This document shows, piece after piece, positions 1 to 8,306 of a stretch of DNA of 64,000 nt (its first letter is position 1; each line of letters opens with the position of its first letter). A model generated the notes under the pieces. It had not been told where the DNA came from, did not search any database, and saw only the letters and a program-made list of their open reading frames with translations. Both the position numbers and the translations under genes were made by a program. The DNA lies in assembly GCA_963663765.2 (NCBI GenBank), contig CAXXUA010000005.1, positions 32,001 through 96,000 of the forward strand, read 5' to 3'. The DNA is from Candidatus Poribacteria bacterium. Its GTDB lineage: Bacteria; Poribacteria; WGA-4E; WGA-3G.

Positions 1-20
1 TAACAACGAACCTTTATTAA

Positions 21-142
21 CAGGACTTTCGCAGTTTTCATGATTTGATGAAGAATTATGACGAAAATGGTGTAATTTTCAGCATTTTTTCGGTTCCCAG
101 CGCGCTTACAAAGCGCGCCTACCGTTGGGTGCGTAAGTCCTG
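21..142. mobile_element. MITE family A, copy 1 (TIR CAGGACTT(A/T)CGCA...TGCGTAAGTCCTG, internal REP palindrome)
   Basis: Terminal inverted repeats; 5-bp TSD ATTAA at 16-20 and 143-147; seven more copies in the window. Confidence 0.9.
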
Positions 143-261
143 ATTAAAAGAAAACAAAGAGAATTGCGACTATAATTTATTGTTCCTGTTACCTAAGTGA
201 GTCAATACTAAGCACACAATGAGTTAGTTGAACTTAGGGAACATAACACGAAACTATGGGA

Positions 262-3200
262 TTATCGGTGCTTTAAGTCTGCCCATTTTTTGAGTTCTTT
301 GTTCCGTGCAGACAACAACCCCCGCAAACCAACCGTCGCTAACTTCTGTTGCACACCCGCAAAGGAAACATCTACTATTTGATAATAGTACCGTGTATCA
401 TGTTTGATAGCGTTATCTGTCCATGTGTACTTGTTGCGTTCTCCTGTAGTGCCTGCCCCCTGTATCATAGTCTGGGTGACTACTTTGAACGGACCGTTCC
501 GTGTTTCACTGCGAAGAATATAGAAACCTGCGTTCTCTAACTCGGATTCGGTTGTCCAAGTGAGAACAGCCCCTGTCTGAGTAAGTTCCGCGCAGAATTG
601 AGAGAGTGTAACAGGTAAAGCACCACTACCCCTATAACCAGGATTTCCTATATCTCTTACGCTGCCCCAGTAAGTGGAAACATCTAATGGGAAGTCTGCA
701 GTACGTTGCCAATTCTTCGCATCAGTTCCATCCAAGGGTTCTTGTGTCTCTTTTTCAAAACGTCGCATCAAGGATGTCCGTTGACCATCTCTTGTTGTGC
801 CAATCGGAATTACCCATGTTGGTTTGTCTGTGGTACTGTGATCCCCATCCAGATTTCCGACTCTATCAACCAAGATACCGTCCGTATTCGTCAACTTCAA
901 CGAGAAACCTGCTAAACCGATGACCATGTTTCGGTGTTGGTTCTGTTCAAACTCCTCCGAATGATGATCGAAAAAGTTATAGACACGACTGTCAGGGATA
1001 ATATTAGATTTTTGTCTAGCGAGCCATGTTACTATCAGGACAGTTTCCTTCGGTGGTATATATAAATCTTCAAGTGCGATAATCGCGTGTCGCTGTACAC
1101 CATTTAGGTCACGTGCCTCAATTGCAAGCTGCCATCCTTTCAAATTCACTTCTGTTTGAGAACCGTTATACAATTCCATCCATTGTGAAAGAGAGTGAAG
1201 ACCCCCTTCTGAATAGATCATCAGCTCACTGAAACTCACGCGAAAGGGAATAAGTTCCGGAACAAGGTTGCCCCCACCTGCTGGTACGACATAGATAGTT
1301 ACAGCCATGGTTGCACTACCACCCCTATCGTCTGATGCTGTTACGTCTATGACATAAATGTTCTTTGTGTTATAATCCAGTATCGCATTCGTTTTCAATT
1401 GTCCAGTGTTGGTATCAATTGTAATTACATCCGAATCATTGTATCCACTGATTGAATAGGTTATGGTGTCGTTGTCAATGTCATAAGCAGTAATTGCTCT
1501 ACCGATGTTCGTACCAATTGGCACCTTTTCCAACACCCACCGTATCGCACTCTCACCATCAGTAAAGATCGGTATGTTGTTGGAATCGGTTTCATCTGGT
1601 ATGTCATCATAAGTGAGTTCAAGATTAGGGAACTGCTCTTTCAACGTGAGAAGTGGAGTTATATCAACAATTGGATTTCCAATGATTCGTAACTGTTCAA
1701 GGTTATTTAGAGTTACAAGCGGGTTAACGTCGTTAATCTGATTATTGCTCAAATCTAAAGTCCGTAGGTTTGTCAATCTGGAGAGTACCGATATATTTTG
1801 GATAGCATTATCAGAAAGGTTCAGATGTCTCAGGTTGGTTAGGGTGGATAGTATGGAAAGGTCGGAGATGCCACAATTTGAAATCTCTAAGTTGCTGAGT
1901 TTAGTGAGGACACGTAGTGGTGAAAAGTCTGTTATCGTTTGTTGGTTTTGTATCAATAATGTTTCTAAATTTGTTGCTTGCTCAAGTCCTGTCAGGTCGG
2001 TGATGGGTAGGTTTGGTTTTGTGAGTTCAAGTGATATCAATCTTGACAACACCTGTGTTGTAATTTGTGCACCTGATGCTAAATTTGTATGTTCACGAAT
2101 GGCCGCTGCTAAGTTTGCGTCTGGTATTATCACATTATCTATAATGTCATCGGGAACTGTCTCATCGGGTATGACATCATAAGTGAGTTCAAGATTAGGG
2201 AACTGCTCTTTCAACGTGAGAAGTGGATTTATATCAACAATTGGATTTCCAATGAGTCGTAACTGTTCAAGGTTATTTAGAGTTACAAGCGGGTTAACGT
2301 CGTTAATCTGATTGTTGCTCAAATCTAAAGTCCGTAGGATTGTCAATCTGGAGAGTACCGATATATTTTGGATAGCATTATCAGAAAGGTACAGATGTCT
2401 CAGGTTGGTTAGGGTGGATAGTATGGAAAGGTCGGAGATGCCACAATTTGAAATCTCTAAGTTGCTGAGTTTAGTGAGGACACGTAGTGGTGAAAAGTCT
2501 GTTATCGTTTGTTGGTTTTGTATCAATAATGTTTCTAAATTTGTTGCTTGCTCAAGTCCTGTCAGGTCGGTGATGGGTAGGTTTGGTTTTGTGAGTTCAA
2601 GTGATATCAATCTTGATAATGTTTGTGTTGTAATTTGTGCACCTGATGCTAAATTTGTATGTTCACGAATGATAGCTGCTAAGTTTGCGTCTGGTATTAC
2701 CACATTATCAATGCTGTTCAACAGATCAGCAGTATTAACGTCAAATGAAAATGATGAATAGTTCCCACTTTTGTCCATAATGGTAAGTTCAGCTGATGGG
2801 TCGACTTGTGGGATATAACTTGTGTCAATATGAAAGGTGCTATCAACTTCACCAATTGGTTTACATGCGACGACAGAATCCAGTTCATGTATGAACAGGC
2901 GTATGAGATGAAGTCCATCAGGGTCGCTGACTTCGAAGCTAAATCGAACTTTACCCTCTTCGGGGGCAAGCTGTGGAGGGAGCATCTGGATAGTTGTTGG
3001 ACCGGAATCCGTATTGCCACCGTTGAAATATGGATGTACGTCTAACCATGCCGCTGAACAGGGAGAATTGATCATCGGATCGATATTACCGCTACTGAAA
3101 GCGTCGTGATCCAGTCCAAATGTGTGACCAAGCTCATGGGCGATGACACTAAAACTAAAACAGTTTCCTTGGGCAGGGGTAGCCCCCCAGTTTCCGGAAG

Positions 3201-3639
3201 CGATACCACATGCCTGGACATCAGTGCCTCGGAATTCTACCTCCAATACTTCAGAATCAATATCAATTGCTACATAATAGATATTATCAGATGAACTAAA
3301 CCTATCGTAGAGTTCATTTATTACTTTGGAAAAAGGGTCATCGTGGTAATATGCATCATTGAAGTCACCTTGAACATGATGTACTACTACTTGCTCGTTT
3401 CCATCGGTTTCTACCTCAAAGGTTTTGCGTTCGTAACCGTAAAGTTCTAAGACCGCAGCAAAGAACGCTTGTGCGTTTTTTAGTTTCGAGTCTAATGTTG
3501 CGTCTATGTCTGCTTGCGGTGTTTTATCGTTCGGATAGAAGTAGATGACTTTGACGATGTTGTCTTGTCCGAAGCTGCTTGGGATTTGGAATGTCAGTAC
3601 AAGTAGTAAAAGTGTTATGAATTTTAGAAAGGTTTTCAT
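262..3639 (-). CDS. Secreted multidomain protein: metzincin-like peptidase, two LRR blocks, cadherin, lamin-tail-like domain, C-terminal LPVTLSQF...WADLK module
   Basis: Signal peptide MKTFLKF... (the ORF is open to 3702); HELGHTFGLDH zinc motif; internalin-like LRRs; cadherin motifs (AYDIDND, TGQLKT, LDY, VTASD). Confidence 0.85.
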   Translation of the reverse strand: MKTFLKFITLLLLVLTFQIPSSFGQDNIVKVIYFYPNDKTPQADIDATLDSKLKNAQAFFAAVLELYGYERKTFEVETDGNEQVVVHHVQGDFNDAYYHDDPFSKVINELYDRFSSSDNIYYVAIDIDSEVLEVEFRGTDVQACGIASGNWGATPAQGNCFSFSVIAHELGHTFGLDHDAFSSGNIDPMINSPCSAAWLDVHPYFNGGNTDSGPTTIQMLPPQLAPEEGKVRFSFEVSDPDGLHLIRLFIHELDSVVACKPIGEVDSTFHIDTSYIPQVDPSAELTIMDKSGNYSSFSFDVNTADLLNSIDNVVIPDANLAAIIREHTNLASGAQITTQTLSRLISLELTKPNLPITDLTGLEQATNLETLLIQNQQTITDFSPLRVLTKLSNLEISNCGISDLSILSTLTNLRHLYLSDNAIQNISVLSRLTILRTLDLSNNQINDVNPLVTLNNLEQLRLIGNPIVDINPLLTLKEQFPNLELTYDVIPDETVPDDIIDNVIIPDANLAAAIREHTNLASGAQITTQVLSRLISLELTKPNLPITDLTGLEQATNLETLLIQNQQTITDFSPLRVLTKLSNLEISNCGISDLSILSTLTNLRHLNLSDNAIQNISVLSRLTNLRTLDLSNNQINDVNPLVTLNNLEQLRIIGNPIVDITPLLTLKEQFPNLELTYDDIPDETDSNNIPIFTDGESAIRWVLEKVPIGTNIGRAITAYDIDNDTITYSISGYNDSDVITIDTNTGQLKTNAILDYNTKNIYVIDVTASDDRGGSATMAVTIYVVPAGGGNLVPELIPFRVSFSELMIYSEGGLHSLSQWMELYNGSQTEVNLKGWQLAIEARDLNGVQRHAIIALEDLYIPPKETVLIVTWLARQKSNIIPDSRVYNFFDHHSEEFEQNQHRNMVIGLAGFSLKLTNTDGILVDRVGNLDGDHSTTDKPTWVIPIGTTRDGQRTSLMRRFEKETQEPLDGTDAKNWQRTADFPLDVSTYWGSVRDIGNPGYRGSGALPVTLSQFCAELTQTGAVLTWTTESELENAGFYILRSETRNGPFKVVTQTMIQGAGTTGERNKYTWTDNAIKHDTRYYYQIVDVSFAGVQQKLATVGLRGLLSARNKELKKWADLKHR
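1605..2709. repeat. Near-identical intragenic tandem duplication, 570-bp period (LRR block)
   Basis: 1605-2139 matches 2175-2709 almost base for base. Confidence 0.95.
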
Positions 3640-3771
3640 CGCGCTTTCCATTGGTATGAAAATGCAATAGAATTGTGTGGTGTGTAAGGTTTGTACTGCC
3701 ATCGAAAATTTTGACCACTACATAAAACAAGATTGTGATATATTTACAATCTAAGTTAGAAAGAGAATCCG

Positions 3772-3835
3772 ATGGCAAAACGTAGAAACTTTACCCCAGA
3801 ATTTATAACTGAAGTTGCAATTGAGGCACTGTGCA
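3772..3835 (+). pseudogene. IS3-family orfA N-terminal fragment
   Basis: Translates MAKRRNFTPEFITEVAIEAL, typical of an IS3 OrfA start. Confidence 0.6.
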
Positions 3836-3877
3836 TTGTAGGAGAGAAACCTTGAAACCACGATTTTCTCACTCAAG

Positions 3878-4437
3878 GTAGACGTGCTTTGTAAGCGCGC
3901 CCCTCACTCACCCGCAGCGTGCTTTGTAAGCGCGCCCCCCAACTTCACTCCCCTGCAGGCGTGCTTTGTAAGCGCGCCCCGCACTCACCCGCACTCCCCT
4001 GCAGGCGTGCTTTGTAAGCGCACCCCGCACTCACCCGCACTCCCCTGCAGGCGTGCTTTGTAAGCGCGCCCCGCACTCACCCGCACTCCCCTGTAGGCGT
4101 GCTTTGTAAGCGCACCCCGCACTCACCCGCATTCACCTGCAGGCGTGCTTTGTAAGCGCGCCCCGCACTCACTCGCACTCACCTGTAGGCGTGCTTTGTA
4201 AGCGCACCCCGCACTCACCCGCACTCCCCTGTAGGCGTGCTTTGTAAGCGCACCCCGCACTCACCCGCACTCCCCTGCAGGCGTGCTTTGTAAGCGCGCC
4301 CCGCACTCACCCGCACTCCCCTGTAGGCGTGCTTTGTAAGCGCGCCCCGCACTCACTCGCACTCCCCTGTAGGCGTGCTTTGTAAGCGCGCCGTTGCCAA
4401 TCCAGTGTTTATCGGCGCACTTACAAAGCACGCCTAC
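3878..4437. repeat. Tandem array of a GTAG/GCAG REP-like palindrome, 46-bp unit, ending in an inverted copy
   Basis: Units start at 3955, 4001, 4047, 4093, 4139, 4185, 4231, 4277, 4323 and 4369; degenerate copies at 3878 and ~3914; inverted copy at 4414-4437. Confidence 0.95.
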
Positions 4438-4467
4438 AGAAGTTGACACCTATGAGTAGCCTCTATT

Positions 4468-4600
4468 ATGAACCCAAAAAGTACCACTGTGAAACGGGTA
4501 CTCCAAAAGGAGATAAAAAAGTTATCTGCCCGTTATCCAAGATATGGTTATAGGCGTATCACAGAAGAGCTGTTGCGTATGGGATACACCGTTGGATACC
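4468..4600 (+). pseudogene. IS3-family orfB fragment (HTH_21-like)
   Basis: IKKLSARYPRYGYRRITEEL motif; no downstream DDE domain. Confidence 0.65.
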
Positions 4601-4621
4601 GACAGAAAGAAAACTCGCTAA

Positions 4622-4960
4622 GTCATAGTACCCACTACCTAAAAGCAGGGGAAACCTGTGTTTCACAGACAGTGCCGATCAGAGCTACGTCTTAATCCGT
4701 CTCCACAGTGGTTGCTAAGCCAACCACTTGCCCGAAGGCAACTATTTGTTTTTGACACGTGATTTTCAAACGGGTGAGCGTTTTTCAATGCGTCTACCCT
4801 GAACGTGCAATAGATGTTTTTGAAAACTTTAACAGTATTGAATTGCAAGGCTTTTACCTGATTGTTTCACTGCCAAGCAATCTACCACCGCATCAATCAG
4901 AACCAATGCCGACTGCAAAAAGAGCATATCAAGTTTCAGTGAAAATGTCAAGACTTTTTG
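4622..4960 (-). mobile_element. Putative non-autonomous IS200/IS605/IS607-type mini-element with TnpB omega-RNA-like 3' scaffold
   Basis: Minus strand reads TTTAT|CAAAAAGTCTTGACA ... CTGTGGAGACGGATTAAGAC...GGCACTGTCTGTGAAACACAGGTTTCCCCTGCTTTTAGGTAGTGGGTACTATGAC, resembling tnpB right-end RNA. Confidence 0.5.
4923..4951 (-). promoter_or_regulatory. Sigma70-like promoter inside the mini-element
   Basis: TTGACA (4951-4946), 17-bp spacer, TATGCT (4928-4923). Confidence 0.6.
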
Positions 4961-5078
4961 ATAAATTATGATTTGGGTTTCCGTCTACATCCCACAAACT
5001 AAAGCAAGGGTTATTTAGTTTTAAGAATCTGAAATTTTCAGGTTAACTAATAGTTTATTATATGAATCGGAATAATAG

Positions 5079-5201
5079 CAGGACTTACGCACCCAACGGT
5101 AGGCGTGCTTTGTAAGCGCGCCGGAAACCCATAAAAACGCTGATAATGGCATCATTTTCGTCATAGTTTATGATTAAATCAAGAAAACTGCGTAAGTCCT
5201 G
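5079..5201. mobile_element. MITE family A, copy 2
   Basis: TIRs; TSD AATAG on both sides. Confidence 0.9.
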
Positions 5202-5231
5202 AATAGATTTTTTACTTTGTACATAGGTATA

Positions 5232-5360
5232 TTGTCTGAACCAGGATTACCTCATCAATAGTTATTTAGACTTAGAATAAACCAACTATTGAATGGTGTG
5301 TAATACCTCAAACTCATAATCCTGAAAATCTGTAAATCCTGTCCATCCTGGTTCAGACAA
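5232..5360. mobile_element. MITE-like family B (TTGTCTGAACCAGGAT...ATCCTGGTTCAGACAA)
   Basis: 16-bp inverted ends; related copy at ~41792-41985 and a half end at ~7079-7090. Confidence 0.65.
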
Positions 5361-5530
5361 GGGAATATCAATCCGACAATATACAAACAAACCTATTAAC
5401 GTATGTTAACATATTTGCCTAAAATACCAAAAACTAAATAACCCTGCGTCAACACTGTTAGACGTTTACCAATATTTTTAACACTGCTATAATTTATCAC
5501 ATTTCAACTTGCAACTCAATACACTTTCAG

Positions 5531-6845
5531 CAGGGTTATTTAGTTTTAAAAACTCTCAGTTATCAAGTTAACTGCGAGTTTAGGTTTTGAAGCTAAGTAT
5601 TTTATCTCATCTGCTATACGCGTTATCCCAGCAAATCGCAACACTGCTAATGCTGTATTTCGCAAAGCAGCCATGATTTGTGGAATAGCACCGCATCGGA
5701 CAGACGATGCGTCTTCTCCAAGTTGTGTATCACGCATCCAATGCGACTTGTTCTCTATTGACCAATGCCCACGGCGTAGCTCAAGTAAACGTTGGGCAGA
5801 AGTTTCTTCGGGTGTCAGACTTGTAATACCATAATGGATTTTGGTTTTTTCTTCTCCTGTTTTCGTATTTTTGTAAGTATAACGATATTGGAACACTTGT
5901 GCTATACCTGGCCAATCCAGATATGCGTTGAGACTTGTGCTTGCTTTCAAACACCTTGTCTCTATTCTACCATGTGATTTTTCAGAAGTCTCGTGAGTGT
6001 AAATAGGGGCTCCCAATTTAGGATGTGGTGTGTTATCAGAAAGCGTGTCTGGAACGTCTTGAAAGAGTTTTTGGATCTCATCGTAAAGGTCCGGTTGGTT
6101 CTTTTTGACAGGGAGCACATAGTCTCCATTACCCTCTATGATGGCGTGGCAGAATGGTCGCTGTGTCAAAAGTGCGTCTGTTGTGATGACTTTACCACTC
6201 ACATCAAAGTTTTTGAGGATCTCTGTTGAGATCGGTATTTCGTTGGTTTTATCACTGACACCTTTTTGTGTAAGTGTGACGCCTAACTCATGAGACACAA
6301 CAGAGAGTAAATGGCTTATTGTCGCACCACTTTTCTTACTGGCACGCATCGTTTTACCGTCTATAGCGACTGCGTCAAGACAACCTTCTAAATCAGGTCG
6401 ACTTTGACAAACGTCTTCTACCCAGTCTGTAAATGTCTTTTCAACAGCATCAGCATCTAAATCTTTTAGAACATTATGTATTGTTGCGGGACAAGGTGTT
6501 TTCTTATGTGTAAAACCGAGTGTTCTTGCGAGGTCTGGTTGGGTTCGGGCCCAAGTTGCGATGGATGTATATCCTTTATGTCCAGTCATAAAACCAATAA
6601 TGTTAAGTCCGATGATTGATTTCAATGGGTGTCGTTTTCCTTTATTGTTGCGCGGGTCTTGGATTTCTGCTAATCTATCTAACAAGTGTCGAGAGTTTTT
6701 CTCTGGCATTTTTCACCTCAAAGGTAAGATTTTTTAGGTGAAGTATAGCAGATATAGCGCGATAAATCACGCTATATCTGCATATCCAAAAATATTAACG
6801 ATTGTGATAAAAAACAACCAAAACTCCTAAAACTAAATAACCCTG
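5531..6845 (-). mobile_element. Intact ISAs1-family insertion sequence
   Basis: 18-bp perfect TIR CAGGGTTATTTAGTTTTA; 9-bp TSD CACTTTCAG at 5522-5530 and 6846-6854. Confidence 0.95.
5546..6709 (-). CDS. ISAs1-family DDE transposase
   Basis: DPR...RHPL, AIDGKTMR, KTNEI, TTDALLTQ, VKKNQ, HGRIETR and RGHWSIEN motifs. Confidence 0.95.
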   Translation of the reverse strand: MPEKNSRHLLDRLAEIQDPRNNKGKRHPLKSIIGLNIIGFMTGHKGYTSIATWARTQPDLARTLGFTHKKTPCPATIHNVLKDLDADAVEKTFTDWVEDVCQSRPDLEGCLDAVAIDGKTMRASKKSGATISHLLSVVSHELGVTLTQKGVSDKTNEIPISTEILKNFDVSGKVITTDALLTQRPFCHAIIEGNGDYVLPVKKNQPDLYDEIQKLFQDVPDTLSDNTPHPKLGAPIYTHETSEKSHGRIETRCLKASTSLNAYLDWPGIAQVFQYRYTYKNTKTGEEKTKIHYGITSLTPEETSAQRLLELRRGHWSIENKSHWMRDTQLGEDASSVRCGAIPQIMAALRNTALAVLRFAGITRIADEIKYLASKPKLAVNLITESF

Positions 6846-6851
6846 CACTTT

Positions 6852-7042
6852 CAGGGATATTCAGTTTTCCTAATGTTTGAATTTTTCAAAAAAATAAGCA
6901 CGCGGTAGGAGCGACCCGGGGAATGCCAAAAGGCATTCATACCCGGGGAATGCCATACGCGCATTCATACCGTTGATTTCTTGATTTGCTGGTCGCGATT
7001 TTCTCAGGAAACAGCTAAAATACCTAAAACTGAATAACCCTG
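6852..7042. mobile_element. ISAs1-derived MITE family C (contains GTAGGAGCGACC REP and GAATGC..GCATTC inserts)
   Basis: Ends CAGGGATATTCAGTTTT / AAAACTGAATAACCCTG; 9-bp TSD ATACACTTT at 5519-5527 and 7043-7051; sister copy at 61008-61186. Confidence 0.85.
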
Positions 7043-7259
7043 ATACACTTTTTCAAACGTGTATAGTTTTTGTCAACATGGTTCAGACAAAGAATGCGTT
7101 AACGACTAAAAATAAGCAAACCGACGGACCAACGTCTGTGATAAAATTTACTCAGAAAATCGAAATCTGAAAAACTCTGAAGTTCTGTGAATATAACTTG
7201 TTTTTTTGGAAAACACCCTATTATTAAATAGCAACATATAGACTAACAGATAAGTAAAT

Positions 7260-7320
7260 TTGACATTTAATATAAAATGTCGTATTATAACTATTGTAAT
7301 GTCGTATTATAACTATTGTA
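7260..7320 (+). promoter_or_regulatory. Sigma70-like promoter whose -10 region is tandemly duplicated (22 bp)
   Basis: TTGACA 7260-7265, 17 bp, TATTAT 7283-7288; AATGTCGTATTATAACTATTGT at 7276-7297 and 7298-7319. Confidence 0.5.
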
Positions 7321-7456
7321 GAGTTTAGAACTTATTGGACATCTGCTTCGTTAGAATGCACCAGATCAAGGGTTAGTGAGGGAAAAAGTCTGTATTTCTG
7401 TGATTTACCTTCATCCTCCCACACGTTATTTCTCACACATGAGGATTTAATAATGA

Positions 7457-7578
7457 CAGGACTTACGCACCCAACGGTAGGCGTGCTTTGTAAGCGCGCT
7501 GGAAACCGAAAAAATGTTGAAAATTACACCATTTTCGCCATAATTCTTCATCAAATCATGAAAACTGCGTAAGTCCTG
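7457..7578. mobile_element. MITE family A, copy 3
   Basis: TIRs; TSD AATGA on both sides. Confidence 0.9.
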
Positions 7579-7939
7579 AATGATTAACCGATATATGGAA
7601 ACAGCAAACCAAAAAGTGTACACGTAAAGTGAACACCTTTTGGTCCATTTTTTTGAGCAGGTATTATCTGCGTATTGGACTTGGTAGGTTTGTTTTAACT
7701 ATACTAAACTATAAGTTATTACCTCCCCCTTCAATTCACATTCGTTAATATTTATTATTTACAAAGTCTTCCCGCAAGCATTCGGTTTGTGGTATTTTCG
7801 TGCCCGCACATTTCGTCGCGGGCTTTTGTTGTTGCATTGGAATACGTTTCAATGCTTGTCACCCATGTTGTGTTATATGCACAATACAGGATATTAACTG
7901 ATAGTTTTATCTTGATAATATATCACAAAGGACATACAA

Positions 7940-8305
7940 TTGATGATAAAAAGACCTTTAGAATTAATCCGCACCTATCAAGGTGAATGCTTACTCACTG
8001 TCATTGTTATGGTCACAATTTTCAGCTTTATGACACTCTTCGGACATGGGTTATCTGATGCGACTCTTTCAACCGAAGCCCCGTCTGGACTGATACCCAT
8101 ATCCAAGCCTGAGTGCATAACAAGAAAGAACTGTGAAAAACCATACATTATCTGTCCAACCCCAAGAATATCGTGTCCTCAGAAGGTAGACAAAATTGGT
8201 AACCACATTATTCCTGACCGGGGGATCATCAACCCCGCATTAACCGAACCTTGCCAACATGACACATTAAGTTCGCAAGGGGACGCACAAATAAGGAGGT
8301 ATTGA
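7940..8305 (+). CDS. Hypothetical protein with hydrophobic segment and several Cys
   Basis: 121-aa ORF abutting the next gene; weak start context. Confidence 0.3.
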   Translation: MMIKRPLELIRTYQGECLLTVIVMVTIFSFMTLFGHGLSDATLSTEAPSGLIPISKPECITRKNCEKPYIICPTPRISCPQKVDKIGNHIIPDRGIINPALTEPCQHDTLSSQGDAQIRRY

Positions 8306-8306
8306 C

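Larger units (their letters stand above)
5006..5446. mobile_element. ISAs1-type ends enclosing nested MITEs
   Basis: AGGGTTATTTAGTTTT near 5006 and AAAACTAAATAACCCTG ending 5446 match the ISAs1 TIR; no TSD seen. Confidence 0.65.

Noticed and set aside
1745-2761. Two similar plus-strand ORFs (145 and 149 aa)
   Set aside because: Antisense shadows of the duplicated LRR block.
3878-4437. CRISPR array or TIGR-like guide array
   Set aside because: Inter-palindrome segments are essentially identical, so there are no unique spacers; no cas or Tas-like gene in the window.
4261-4449. 62-aa minus-strand ORF
   Set aside because: It is a translation of the repeat array.
4663-4971. Short ORFs 4663-4848 and 4759-4971
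   Set aside because: No recognisable protein features; the region is better explained as a structured non-coding element.
7600-7650. Possible c-di-GMP riboswitch (GCAAACC plus hairpin)
   Set aside because: The second stem and GCAAAG element are not found; only a single imperfect hairpin.
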